From positions 1-52,962 of IMG/VR virus record IMGVR_UViG_3300009154_000076: 52,962 nt of DNA. One strand, written 5' to 3'. A model generated the notes under the pieces. It was not told the DNA's origin. It did no database searches and worked only from the letters and a program-made list of their open reading frames with translations. Origin of the DNA: a virus (taxonomy: Duplodnaviria > Caudoviricetes). Positions 10,047-19,361 of this stretch are shown piece by piece. Numbering within the stretch: position 1 is the first letter of the stretch; the number at the start of each line of letters is the position of its first letter. The translations under genes and the position numbers were made by a program.

Positions 10047-10487
10047 ATGATTACAGCACAAGAACCAGCAGAAGGAATAATGAAAACAGATGACTGGGGT
10101 GATTCAAAAGTTTACCGAGTTGCCTGTAATTGTGGCAGTGCAGAGCACATTCATGAGGTATGGGTAGAAGCTGATGATTGTGGCGTTAATGTGAAAATAT
10201 ATACCAAAGTTACAACAAAATTATGGAATACTTTTATCAAACCACGGTATAATATTGATAACCAATGGTTACAAGAATTAGACTGGTTTTGGAAAGGACT
10301 GGTCAATGGGCTTGTAAACAAAATGAAATTGACGTGGTCACTGTGGATCAAAGGGCATATCGAAGAAGAATCCGTTATTTGGTTGACTGAGCAGCAAGCA
10401 TATAACTATTCTAATGTATTGATATGCGCTGTGGGCGATGTTCAAGAATTCAAAAAATCTTACAATCTAGAAAAAACCAAGGAGTAA
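10047..10487 (+). CDS. Hypothetical phage protein
   Basis: AGGAG RBS; CxCxxxxH motif. Confidence 0.55.
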   Translation: MITAQEPAEGIMKTDDWGDSKVYRVACNCGSAEHIHEVWVEADDCGVNVKIYTKVTTKLWNTFIKPRYNIDNQWLQELDWFWKGLVNGLVNKMKLTWSLWIKGHIEEESVIWLTEQQAYNYSNVLICAVGDVQEFKKSYNLEKTKE

Positions 10488-10490
10488 ATT

Positions 10491-10868
10491 ATGTGCAATA
10501 TTTTTAATGATCAGAAAAAGTTTATGCGTGCCTGTGACCAAACTGTGGGTGAAAATAACCCAGATCAGTTTAAGTTACATTTGAAATTAATCGAAGAAGA
10601 GTATAATGAGTTGCTGCTGGCAGTCAACCAACAAGATCATGTTGAGATCTTGGATGCTCTTGTGGATATCTTGGCAGTAACCGTGGGTGCGATTAATAGC
10701 ATGGGCGCCGATGGTGAAGGTGCTTGGAAAGAAGTAGTACGTAGTAATTTCAGTAAAATTGACCATGAAACTGGAAAAGTACGCAAACGTGAAGATGGTA
10801 AAATTATGAAAACTATTTCTTATAGCCCACCTGAATTACAGCCATTTTTACATGGGAGTATGAAATGA
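10491..10868 (+). CDS. MazG-like all-alpha NTP pyrophosphohydrolase
   Basis: 'LIEEEYNEL...EILDALVD...VVRSNFSK...REDGKIMK'. Confidence 0.8.
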   Translation: MCNIFNDQKKFMRACDQTVGENNPDQFKLHLKLIEEEYNELLLAVNQQDHVEILDALVDILAVTVGAINSMGADGEGAWKEVVRSNFSKIDHETGKVRKREDGKIMKTISYSPPELQPFLHGSMK

Positions 10869-11239
10869 GTGATGATTTGGAAAAAATAGCAGATCTGGTG
10901 TTCAAATCGTCTATTTGGAAACCTGCCGATGTTAGCCAAGAGCCAGAGACCAAACTGATTCAATGGCAAGTATATAAAGTTATGCTACCGGGTTTAGATG
11001 AGTTTACACTGCATTTCAATGGATACACTGCTGGTTATTATGGGGAAGGTCGTGTGTGTTCTCCAGTGATGGAATTTGATAAGAATACCATGCGTGGCGT
11101 CACTAGATCTGGTAGAGTATACGAATTAGTAGGTAGTCCGGGGCACAATAGTGATGCAGCATATGTTTGGAATAAATGGCTATCATTGAATGATGTTGAA
11201 AAGTATGAATGCGTTACTGATCAATTTTGGAGTGAGTAA
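10865..11239 (+). CDS. Hypothetical phage protein
   Basis: ATGA overlap; 'GRVCSPVMEFD...GVTRSGRVYELVGSPG'. Confidence 0.55.
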   Translation: MSDDLEKIADLVFKSSIWKPADVSQEPETKLIQWQVYKVMLPGLDEFTLHFNGYTAGYYGEGRVCSPVMEFDKNTMRGVTRSGRVYELVGSPGHNSDAAYVWNKWLSLNDVEKYECVTDQFWSE

Positions 11240-11241
11240 AG

Positions 11242-11574
11242 ATGGGTATGTTTGACGAGCTAACATATAAAGGTCATCAATACCAAACTAAAGATACGCC
11301 AGCTCAATTATTGGATCAATATGAGATTCGTGATGATGGCACTCTTTGGCACCAAGAATATGATGCTAGATGGGAAGAAAATTCTGAATCTCTATTCGGT
11401 GGATATATTAGGCACGATAATGAAAGATGGGTATTTTGTTATGACTTTGATGGTTTGATTGTGTTCTATCGAGAAGATAAAGAGAATGGTGGATACAAAG
11501 AAGATAACTGGATAGAACATAAAGCATTATTTAATAGTGGTAAAATGATCAAATTAGATGGGGAAAATCTGTGA
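11242..11574 (+). CDS. Hypothetical phage protein (MGMFD start)
   Basis: 'MGMFD...YQTKD' pattern; packed in operon. Confidence 0.55.
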   Translation: MGMFDELTYKGHQYQTKDTPAQLLDQYEIRDDGTLWHQEYDARWEENSESLFGGYIRHDNERWVFCYDFDGLIVFYREDKENGGYKEDNWIEHKALFNSGKMIKLDGENL

Positions 11575-12173
11575 ATGCAGTACAAAGCTATATTGCATTA
11601 GATTTAGAATTAAATAATGCGCCCGATGGCAGCACTCCCAATCCTAAAATTATTCAGGTGGGGGTGGCTATTGGGTCATGGGATCATTTTGCTGATAATG
11701 CTATTATTACTAAAAAGTGGTACTTGAATCCAGAAGAACCTATCTATCCGTTTATCACACAGCTAACAGGAATTACTGATCAAGATGTACAAATTAAATC
11801 AGTCAGTCATGCTCAATTAGCGGAAGAATTGTATGCTTTGTGTCAAGAACATCGTGTTTATAAAAACTTTATAACGTGGGGACAAGGTGATTACGCTGAA
11901 TTAAAGGCTGAATTTGATGCGAGAAATATTCCATTTAAATTTGGTGGGCATCGAATTATTGATGTTAAAACATTTTACACTTTGCACATGTTAGCCAAAA
12001 GTAAAATGCCAAATGGCGGATTATCATCTGGACTTGCCGAATTTAAAATGAAGTTTCAAGGTACGCCACATCGCGCAGATGATGATGCATTGAATACATT
12101 AAGATTATTCTTTACAATTGTAGATAAACAGACTAAACTATATTACTTGATTAACACTGCCAAGGAAATCTAA
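11571..12173 (+). CDS. DEDDh 3'-5' exonuclease
   Basis: 'ALDLE', 'LTGIT', 'WGQGD' and 'HRADDDALNT'. Confidence 0.85.
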   Translation: MNAVQSYIALDLELNNAPDGSTPNPKIIQVGVAIGSWDHFADNAIITKKWYLNPEEPIYPFITQLTGITDQDVQIKSVSHAQLAEELYALCQEHRVYKNFITWGQGDYAELKAEFDARNIPFKFGGHRIIDVKTFYTLHMLAKSKMPNGGLSSGLAEFKMKFQGTPHRADDDALNTLRLFFTIVDKQTKLYYLINTAKEI

Positions 12174-12413
12174 GTGAATCACTTAATTCAAGAACTTGTA
12201 GATCAATCAACAAATAATGTTAGATTGACCTTGCCGCAAAAAAATCAAGTGTTTCGACCAGGGATTTACGCTAATCATAAATTTGATCTAGAAAAATATA
12301 CCGGGTTGGTGGTCAAAGAATGTTTCCAGATTATGCAAGCACTGGACATTGACCCAGAATTTAAGTTGCAAATGGGTAGAGCACTAATAGAACATTTTGG
12401 AATCAAGGAATAA
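12174..12413 (+). CDS. Hypothetical phage protein
   Basis: GTG start abutting the previous stop; ends 'EHFGIKE'. Confidence 0.5.
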   Translation: MNHLIQELVDQSTNNVRLTLPQKNQVFRPGIYANHKFDLEKYTGLVVKECFQIMQALDIDPEFKLQMGRALIEHFGIKE

Positions 12414-12420
12414 GAGAATT

Positions 12421-13260
12421 ATGCCATCTAGAGTACATTACTGGAGCTGCTCCACATTAGCAGATTGGATTCGTGGTAAACCCAAATTAGTTGTTGGAAC
12501 AAGTGATGAATGGAATGACTGGAAAAATGCTGCACGAAAAGAACGTCCTATTCGATTTTGGATTGCAGAAGAAATGTTGGACAAAATTCAGAATTTTGTT
12601 TATTGGCCCATGGATCGATTAAATGATATCAGATACTATATTAACAATCGTTGGGTATCCCGTAGCCATGCTTGTACTGCCCATGCTAGGGATATTAAGC
12701 CTGGAACTTGGTGTGACGTGGGAAATCGCTTTCTTCCCTGTCTTTTTAACGAACTTGTGGATTTTGTCGAAGTAGAAACTGCTTGGCATCATGTTTGGTG
12801 TGACGATGAAGCACGTAAAAAATATCAGACCCCTTGGTGGCGGTCAGGCTGGTTGCGCTGGAGAACTTGGCGTTGCGCAGAGGCTGGATTGGCACACCTT
12901 GATTGGGCGTCTACGCTGACCAACGAAGAATGGTTAGATGACGATCAAAAGCATTTGGCAGAGCCAACCAGACAAGCATTGGCTGCTATTGAAATAAAAG
13001 AATTATATTTTTGGTGGACTAATGTTTATCGCAACCGCACAGATCCACATGAAGCAAGTGGCTGGAGTGAGTATTGTGAAGCTATGCGTGTAAAATATAA
13101 CGTTAACTTCTTTGGTAGTCTTAATAGCAAAGACGAAGATGATCGTGCTTGGAGTGATCGTACTCATAAAAAGTTAAGAGAAATTGAAGAGGCATATGCG
13201 GCAGAAGAAGAAGCCATGATGATACGTTTGATTAAGATCAGAGATTCACTTTGGACCTAA
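12421..13260 (+). CDS. Hypothetical Trp-rich phage protein
   Basis: Long ORF; ATG at 12421. Confidence 0.6.
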   Translation: MPSRVHYWSCSTLADWIRGKPKLVVGTSDEWNDWKNAARKERPIRFWIAEEMLDKIQNFVYWPMDRLNDIRYYINNRWVSRSHACTAHARDIKPGTWCDVGNRFLPCLFNELVDFVEVETAWHHVWCDDEARKKYQTPWWRSGWLRWRTWRCAEAGLAHLDWASTLTNEEWLDDDQKHLAEPTRQALAAIEIKELYFWWTNVYRNRTDPHEASGWSEYCEAMRVKYNVNFFGSLNSKDEDDRAWSDRTHKKLREIEEAYAAEEEAMMIRLIKIRDSLWT

Positions 13261-13262
13261 GC

Positions 13263-13721
13263 ATGGCTGATCTTTCCTCTAGCACAGCAAGTAATAGATT
13301 TGTTAATCCATTTGATGAAGAAAAGGAACCTGTTGAAAAAGTATGGTCCGATTATGACTTGGAGTATGATCTAAGAACCACTGATTGGATTTTAGAAAAG
13401 GTACGTGGGTCTGAAAGTTATGCACAAAATTTATATGCGGCAATGTGTAATAATCAATTTCAAAAGATTGAGGTTTTACCTATACTAAAAAATCAAGTCT
13501 GGCATTGCAGTTGGCGGCGTTCTGGTGGAATTATTGCTGACATGCGGCAACAGGGTGACTATCTTGATTGGTATTGCAGTGGAATGGGCGGACTGATCGA
13601 AGAACATGAAGAAATGCAGCACGATGGATTTGTACCTGAAGGAAAAATCACTCAAGAAGTTCTTGACGATTTAAAACAATTAAAATGGGCCGTAGTTACA
13701 AAAGAAAACGATGATGACTAA
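13263..13721 (+). CDS. Hypothetical phage protein
   Basis: 'YAQNLYAAMCNN...CSWR..GG..AD...GDY.DWYCSG'. Confidence 0.6.
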   Translation: MADLSSSTASNRFVNPFDEEKEPVEKVWSDYDLEYDLRTTDWILEKVRGSESYAQNLYAAMCNNQFQKIEVLPILKNQVWHCSWRRSGGIIADMRQQGDYLDWYCSGMGGLIEEHEEMQHDGFVPEGKITQEVLDDLKQLKWAVVTKENDDD

Positions 13722-14883
13722 AACTCTTACCAGCTCTCAACAAATTCGTGAAAACGCCAAACGTGATCATAGCCCAAAATGGGACAATGCCACAACTTGG
13801 TCTGCAGATAAATTTACTGAGCATTTTCATAATGCCATGAATTATTACAATGTAGAGTCTAATCCACGTGATCTAAAAGTCAAAGTCATGGAATGGATGA
13901 AGCTTAATGGATTTGGCGACAATCAAATCTTAGATTTCAAAAATTCAAAAGATTGGCGCTGTAATGTAACTATGGGCGCTATGGCGTGCTGTATGTTAAA
14001 GGGCATGCCAGCAGTACACCCTGGATTTAACAATGGCAGAGATTCTGCAGAATGGTTGACTCTAAAAATTAATCAGGTAATATCACAGAGTAAACAGGAT
14101 CTGCCAATCAAACCGACAAAAAAAGCGCAGCCAATTGAGATCACCGTACAGGATCGTATTCTTGAGCAGGCTGTGGATATGAGTCAAGAACTAGATTATG
14201 CTATTGATAAATTCATCGCTAATCCGGATAACTTTAATTCAAAATCATTTAAGCCACAAGATATGTTACGTGCTGCCAGTGTCAAAGCCGCGCAAGCCAG
14301 ATATATTAAAACATTTTTTGAATCAGATCATGCGGAATTGTCGGAAGTTGTTAATGGAACGCAAGATGAGCAACTTACGGAATCGTATAATCATCTTTCG
14401 CAACGCCATATTCGAGAACTAATCAACTTTTATGAAAGCATCAACTCAGCTTGTGACCAAATCATTGCTGAAAATAGAGTAATAAAACAGCTGCGCATTA
14501 AAAAATTCAAACCAGCAGATGACTTGGTTAAAAAGTTGAAATTTAAAATCAGTGATGATAGTTTGGGTATTGCGTCTATTCCGCCAAATCAAATAATTGG
14601 TGCACAAGGGTTAATTGTATATAACACCGCTACCAGAAAGATTGGTTATTATATTTCCACAGACAGCAATGGACTCGGCGTCAAAGGGTCATCGTTGACA
14701 AATTACACTGAAAAAAGTATGCAACGTGCTTTAAGAAAACCTGTTGAACAATTGAAAGAATTCAAAGAGCAGAACACACCAAAGAAATTTGTATCATGGC
14801 TTGATAAAAATGTAAAAACCATGGAAACAGTATTGTCTGGTAGAATTAATGAAGACATTATTATATTACGGGCTTTTAAGTAA
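13711..14883 (+). CDS. Hypothetical phage protein (390 aa)
   Basis: Long ORF; C-terminal 'VYNTATRKIG...GVKGSSL..RALRKP...GRINEDIIILR'. Confidence 0.65.
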   Translation: MMTKTLTSSQQIRENAKRDHSPKWDNATTWSADKFTEHFHNAMNYYNVESNPRDLKVKVMEWMKLNGFGDNQILDFKNSKDWRCNVTMGAMACCMLKGMPAVHPGFNNGRDSAEWLTLKINQVISQSKQDLPIKPTKKAQPIEITVQDRILEQAVDMSQELDYAIDKFIANPDNFNSKSFKPQDMLRAASVKAAQARYIKTFFESDHAELSEVVNGTQDEQLTESYNHLSQRHIRELINFYESINSACDQIIAENRVIKQLRIKKFKPADDLVKKLKFKISDDSLGIASIPPNQIIGAQGLIVYNTATRKIGYYISTDSNGLGVKGSSLTNYTEKSMQRALRKPVEQLKEFKEQNTPKKFVSWLDKNVKTMETVLSGRINEDIIILRAFK

Positions 14884-14888
14884 TATCT

Positions 14889-15293
14889 ATGATTGATGAT
14901 CTTCCTCTAGGCTGCCATTTGGTTTTTAACAACGGTGACAGAAAAACGTTTTACTATCGAATTACCCCAGAATTTGCACCACTAATTGCTGCTGGTCTTT
15001 ATGCTGAAGATACATTGTCTAATGCTATTATGGAAGCCACTGATTTAAGGCCAAACAAAACCCCACTAACTCCGGGTCAAATAGCTGCATGGGAGAATCT
15101 ATCCAAGGAATTCGGGGATCAAATACATGCATTGGCGTGGCCTAGCGCCAGAGAAGCCAGTGACCAAGCTATTAAAGTATTGATTGCAGAAGCAGAAAAG
15201 CTCATGTATAATCCCACTATACGCAAAGCTTATGATAATTTTATGTTGACCGTGAAACTATCTTATCAAGAGGACAAAAATGATCACAATTAA
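14889..15293 (+). CDS. Hypothetical phage protein
   Basis: Packed in operon. Confidence 0.55.
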   Translation: MIDDLPLGCHLVFNNGDRKTFYYRITPEFAPLIAAGLYAEDTLSNAIMEATDLRPNKTPLTPGQIAAWENLSKEFGDQIHALAWPSAREASDQAIKVLIAEAEKLMYNPTIRKAYDNFMLTVKLSYQEDKNDHN

Positions 15294-15849
15294 AGATTTT
15301 ATGGAAGTAGTTAATTACCGTATCACTGAAGGTAGTGAATTTATGTGGCAGTGTTTTGGTATCTATGCTTATCAATTAGACAGTTGGAATGGTGACAATG
15401 ATACCGGGCACAGCGTCAGTATTGTGTTTGATACTCAAGACCAAACCGTATATCAAATGGAAACGTATGATTATAAGAATCAACGTGCTTATCGCTGGAC
15501 TCATCCAGAATATGTTGAAAAACACTCAATCGAAGCCAAAAACCGCGGCGTAGACATCAATGAAGCACTAGAAGACATTAAATTCACGGATCTTGATGTA
15601 GAAGAGGATATGTTAGAAAAAACACGTGCCATTGTTGCTGGAGAAGATTATGACACTGATGTTATGATCAACATTGATATACCCGATGATGAATTATTGG
15701 CATTGATGAAGCGTGCTCACCAACTTGACATTACATTTAATCAATTAGTTAGTAATGCGTTGAATGAGTTTGTAAGAGATCGGATGGACACGGACTTGGA
15801 ACAAGAAACACATTTACCAAGTTGGAACATAGAAGACCAAGAGGATTAA
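15280..15849 (+). CDS. Hypothetical phage protein
   Basis: GAGGA RBS; possible small DNA-binding module at the C-terminus. Confidence 0.55.
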   Translation: MITIKDFMEVVNYRITEGSEFMWQCFGIYAYQLDSWNGDNDTGHSVSIVFDTQDQTVYQMETYDYKNQRAYRWTHPEYVEKHSIEAKNRGVDINEALEDIKFTDLDVEEDMLEKTRAIVAGEDYDTDVMINIDIPDDELLALMKRAHQLDITFNQLVSNALNEFVRDRMDTDLEQETHLPSWNIEDQED

Positions 15850-15921
15850 TTTCTGATTATTTTCTAGGTTATCTAATGTTATAACAGGAAAAATACAGTT
15901 AAGCCATCTTAAAACCACATA

Positions 15922-15955
15922 CCCCCCGCTGTTAAATATTTTGACAACCGGGGGA
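15922..15955 (+). promoter_or_regulatory. Hairpin containing a TAAATA motif and pairing with the RBS
   Basis: CCCCCCG...TAAATA...CGGGGG; the 3' arm is the SD of ATG 15963. Confidence 0.5.
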
Positions 15956-15962
15956 ATTTTTT

Positions 15963-16289
15963 ATGCAAAAATTTCTAGAATTATATCAACAGAGAATCAA
16001 CACCATACAAGTACAAAAGCGATCATGGGTTATCGTGAGTTTAGTATTTTTAATATCTGTAATATCAATTATGGTGGAATGGGGTGATATATCAAAGATC
16101 AACAACCTATATCTATGGATTTTTGTATTCTCCTCATTGATTTCAACTTCTGTTATATGGTGGTTTTGGACTATGCATATCATGAATACATTTCTCAAAC
16201 ATAGAAAGCAAGAAATTGCGATATTGGAAGAAATAGTGGTTGATATTCGTGAGATGAAACGTGACATTGAACGATTGAAAAAACCTTGA
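15963..16289 (+). CDS. Small two-TM membrane protein with coiled-coil tail
   Basis: Two hydrophobic segments followed by a charged C-terminus. Confidence 0.55.
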   Translation: MQKFLELYQQRINTIQVQKRSWVIVSLVFLISVISIMVEWGDISKINNLYLWIFVFSSLISTSVIWWFWTMHIMNTFLKHRKQEIAILEEIVVDIREMKRDIERLKKP

Positions 16290-16314
16290 TTTTCGGTATT
16301 GTTGATGATATACT
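16286..16314 (+). promoter_or_regulatory. Sigma70-type promoter (extended -10)
   Basis: TTGATT-N17-TATACT with TGn. Confidence 0.65.
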
Positions 16315-16339
16315 GTTAACAATACTGGAGATTACAAAC

Positions 16340-17284
16340 TTGAAGAAAATATTAGTAACTGGCGCAGCTGGGTTCCTTGGATCACATCTCTGTGATAGAC
16401 TGGTTGAGCAAGGACATCATGTATTGGGAGTTGACAACTACTTTACTGGGTCCAAAAAAAATATTGAACATCTTCTAGATTATAAAAATTTTGAAATTAT
16501 TCGCCAAGACGTATGTTTTCCATTATACGTTGAGGTCGATGAAATTTACAATTTAGCATGTCCGGCAAGTCCATACTTTTACCAGTTGGATCCCATTCAA
16601 ACAATGAAAACATCAGTGCTGGGTGCCTATAATATGCTTGGGTTGGCCAAACGCACTGGTGCTAAAATATTGCAAGCCAGCACCAGTGAAGTTTATGGTG
16701 ATCCATCAGTACATCCCCAACCAGAAGAATATTGGGGCAATGTAAATCCAATTGGTATCCGTAGTTGCTATGATGAAGGCAAACGTGCAGCAGAAACATT
16801 GTTTATGGATTACCATCGTGAACACGGCGTCAATTCCAAGATTATACGTATTTTTAATACATATGGTCCCAGAATGGCCAAGGATGATGGAAGGGTGGTC
16901 AGCAATTTTATTGTGCAGGCTCTACAGGGCACCGACATTACCATTTACGGCACTGGACAACAAACTCGCAGTTTTTGTTATGTTGATGATTTAATTGAAG
17001 GCATGATCAAATATATGAACAATGACAGTGCGGGCACGGGGCCAATCAATCTTGGCAACCCTGGTGAATTTACCATGTTAGAGTTGGCACAACTGGTATT
17101 ATCCATGACCGGCAGTTCCAGTAAAATAATTCAAACAGAATTGCCATTAGATGATCCAAAACAACGCCGCCCTGATATTAGTAAAGCCAAAGAGTTACTT
17201 GGATGGGAACCAACTATTTCATTAGAACGTGGTTTATCTAAAACCATTGGTTATTTTGGTGAGTTGCTTGACTCAGAACGCTGA
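16340..17284 (+). CDS. uxs: UDP-glucuronate decarboxylase (UDP-xylose synthase), extended SDR
   Basis: '[12 protein letters not shown]', 'YNLACPASP', '[10 protein letters not shown]', 'YDEGKR', 'RIFNTYGP', '[10 protein letters not shown]' and '[10 protein letters not shown]'; TTG start after GGAG. Confidence 0.9.
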   Translation: MKKILVTGAAGFLGSHLCDRLVEQGHHVLGVDNYFTGSKKNIEHLLDYKNFEIIRQDVCFPLYVEVDEIYNLACPASPYFYQLDPIQTMKTSVLGAYNMLGLAKRTGAKILQASTSEVYGDPSVHPQPEEYWGNVNPIGIRSCYDEGKRAAETLFMDYHREHGVNSKIIRIFNTYGPRMAKDDGRVVSNFIVQALQGTDITIYGTGQQTRSFCYVDDLIEGMIKYMNNDSAGTGPINLGNPGEFTMLELAQLVLSMTGSSSKIIQTELPLDDPKQRRPDISKAKELLGWEPTISLERGLSKTIGYFGELLDSER

Positions 17285-17296
17285 CAATGTTACAAT
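17268..17296 (+). promoter_or_regulatory. Sigma70-type promoter (extended -10)
   Basis: TTGACT-N17-TACAAT with TGn; ATG 7 nt downstream suggests a leaderless transcript. Confidence 0.65.
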
Positions 17297-17302
17297 AAGC
17301 TC

Positions 17303-17470
17303 ATGGAATCAAAATTCATAAAAACTAATTGGTCTCAACCATATTCTTCAATGTGGCCATTAAACAATGAAGATCGGTTAATCAATGAAATCGAACAAAG
17401 GATTGATCAAGGCGATCTGACTTTGGCCATTAATATATTAGAGAAAATCAAAGATGACGCAAGAAAATAA
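17303..17470 (+). CDS. Hypothetical 55-aa protein (absent from the ORF track)
   Basis: MESKFIKTNWSQ...DDARK*; directly follows the promoter. Confidence 0.45.
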   Translation: MESKFIKTNWSQPYSSMWPLNNEDRLINEIEQRIDQGDLTLAINILEKIKDDARK

Positions 17471-17627
17471 AAGAACTTGGGAAATTACGGTAGAGCAAGA
17501 TCCAGAAACAGGAGAATTGATTTTACCGTTGCCACCTGAACTAATTGAATTACAAGGATGGAAGGAAGGTGATGAATTAGACTGGATTGATTCTGGTGAT
17601 GGCACATACACTCTTCAAAAAGTGTAA
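17454..17627 (+). CDS. AbrB/MazE/SpoVT-like small DNA-binding protein (absent from the ORF track)
   Basis: MTQENKRTWEITVEQDPETGELILPLPPELIELQGWKEGDELDWIDSGDGTYTLQKV; fits the 'LP.E....LGW.EGD.L.W' swapped-hairpin pattern. Confidence 0.7.
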   Translation: MTQENKRTWEITVEQDPETGELILPLPPELIELQGWKEGDELDWIDSGDGTYTLQKV

Positions 17628-17753
17628 AGCTCATATATATTTTCTATATGATCAGTACTGAAGTATTACTACTACCTTGGCAGGGCATAAATGAGTATAT
17701 ATGCATACTAAGTAATAGTATAATAGTAAAATATATATAGAGGATAATATATT

Positions 17754-18473
17754 ATGGATATTACACAAATTCTAGCGGGCCTGACTATGGACAATAGGGA
17801 AAAGCCAGTGATACTTTATTTTCGCGGAGATGTTATAACTAGCCCACCCGCCAGTATTATATCTTACATAGAGCAGCATGCCAATTGTTCTATTATTTTC
17901 TGTGATTCTTGGGATGAACTATCCAAAGGAATATCATTTGTTCCAGACCTAATTTCATTTCACTCCGATGTCATCAAACGAGAAAACGTAACTACTTACG
18001 AATTTGTTTCCATGGTCACTACCATGGCAAAATATATTTTACCAGAAGATAATAAGCCAAAGTTTGCTGCAGTTATTGAACCAAATTGCCGATATGAATT
18101 TATCAAAGAATTACAGAGCACAGGTATATCCGGAGTGATACCTTCTTCATCTGGCTTTGGTGTCAATCATACCATCGACGCTATTTCAGCTATTTTGAAT
18201 TCGAACAAATATTGGCCAAAAGAAATTGTTAATAAACTACATGTCAAGAAAGCTCAAAAGAATGATGACAATTCACAAATAAAATTAACTGATCGTCAAG
18301 CACAAATTTTAGATTTAGTGTGTCATCGTGGTTTGAGTAACAAACATATTGCCAGAGCATTACAAATTTCAGAGAGCACAGTCAAAGTTCACATGAGCGC
18401 AATATTAAAAGAATATGGTGTAAAAAATCGCACTCAATTGGCATTGGCAGCAATGTCGTCCTTATCTGCATAG
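17754..18473 (+). CDS. NarL/LuxR-family regulator with degenerate receiver domain
   Basis: C-terminal 'LTDRQAQILDLV..GLSNKHIARALQISESTVKVHMSAILKEYGVKNRTQL' is a LuxR HTH; N-terminal region is receiver-like. Confidence 0.85.
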   Translation: MDITQILAGLTMDNREKPVILYFRGDVITSPPASIISYIEQHANCSIIFCDSWDELSKGISFVPDLISFHSDVIKRENVTTYEFVSMVTTMAKYILPEDNKPKFAAVIEPNCRYEFIKELQSTGISGVIPSSSGFGVNHTIDAISAILNSNKYWPKEIVNKLHVKKAQKNDDNSQIKLTDRQAQILDLVCHRGLSNKHIARALQISESTVKVHMSAILKEYGVKNRTQLALAAMSSLSA

Positions 18474-18505
18474 CAGTTTACCTAGATCAATCCCCGCGTA
18501 GTTTA

Positions 18506-18531
18506 ATAAACCCCCTTAACAGGGGGTTTAT
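18506..18531 (+). terminator. Probable intrinsic terminator
   Basis: ATAAACCCCCT-TAAC-AGGGGGTTTAT, perfect 11-bp stem just after the regulator gene. Confidence 0.65.
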
Positions 18532-18592
18532 CATTTCTAATACCGAAGTTTCTATAGCACGTTGGTATAACAAAACCATCCATTTTTCCCGG

Positions 18593-18760
18593 TAAGTACT
18601 TATACATATACTCAAATTAACATATTTGAGTTTTGAATTTCAATGTACTTTAATTAAAAACCAAGGTCATTGATACAGGTAACAATGCTGGTGCATTGTT
18701 AGGCCATGAATAGAAAATCTTTTTATGGTCACAGACTGAATTCAATATATTTGGATTCAG
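18593..18760 (+). promoter_or_regulatory. Structured 5' leader or candidate ncRNA with five tandem hairpins
   Basis: Stems at 18610-31, 18640-73, 18680-701, 18702-30 and 18736-60, following the palindrome TAAGTACTTA. Confidence 0.5.
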
Positions 18761-18783
18761 AATTTTAATCTAAGGAAAATAAA

Positions 18784-19344
18784 ATGGCTGATTTTATGAA
18801 TTTAACAACCGACCCTTTCTTTTCATTGAGTGGTCAAATCAATGACGTGAAAACTAAAGTTGCAGATAGTATTTTTGAAAACTATAAGTTACAAGTTGCA
18901 CAAACCAATGATGTCAACAACCGTGCTATGCAAGTTGCTTTGCATGATTCTTCAGCATTGGCTGATCTAAAACAAGCTGTTGCCGATGGCACATTGCAGA
19001 CCATGTTGGCTGCTTCTCGTACCGATTCCGCAATTGGTGCTACAGCAATGCAAACACAACGCGAGATCATGAATCAGGGCGAAATGACCCGTGGATTGAT
19101 CAATGCATTGAACACACAAAACTTGAATACTGCGTTGATCAACACCAACACAGCATTGACAGGTCTTGGTGGTCAGTATGCTGGTCTTGGTTTGGCTTAT
19201 GGCGGTGCAGTTGCAGCATATCAAAGTGCTAATACAGTAAGTGCAGTTAACGCACTAAACAGTGCTATTGCTAGCCAAGGTGTTATTAACACCGGAACAA
19301 TGTCTGGAACAACTCAGACTGCAAATCCAACAACTATTCGCTAA
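18784..19344 (+). CDS. Ala/Asn/Gln/Thr-rich helical protein, paralogue 1 (function unknown)
   Basis: AAGGA RBS; highly similar to 19415-19984. Confidence 0.75.
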   Translation: MADFMNLTTDPFFSLSGQINDVKTKVADSIFENYKLQVAQTNDVNNRAMQVALHDSSALADLKQAVADGTLQTMLAASRTDSAIGATAMQTQREIMNQGEMTRGLINALNTQNLNTALINTNTALTGLGGQYAGLGLAYGGAVAAYQSANTVSAVNALNSAIASQGVINTGTMSGTTQTANPTTIR

Positions 19345-19361
19345 TAGTTGATGGTGTAGTG

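Noticed and set aside
17303-17627. Type II toxin-antitoxin pair
   Set aside because: The AbrB-like gene has no adjacent PIN, MazF or RelE-like toxin, and the 55-aa upstream ORF shows no toxin motif.
18593-18760. tRNA or mini-CRISPR array in the hairpin cluster
   Set aside because: No T-loop or D-loop consensus, no cloverleaf, and no repeated sequence between the hairpins.
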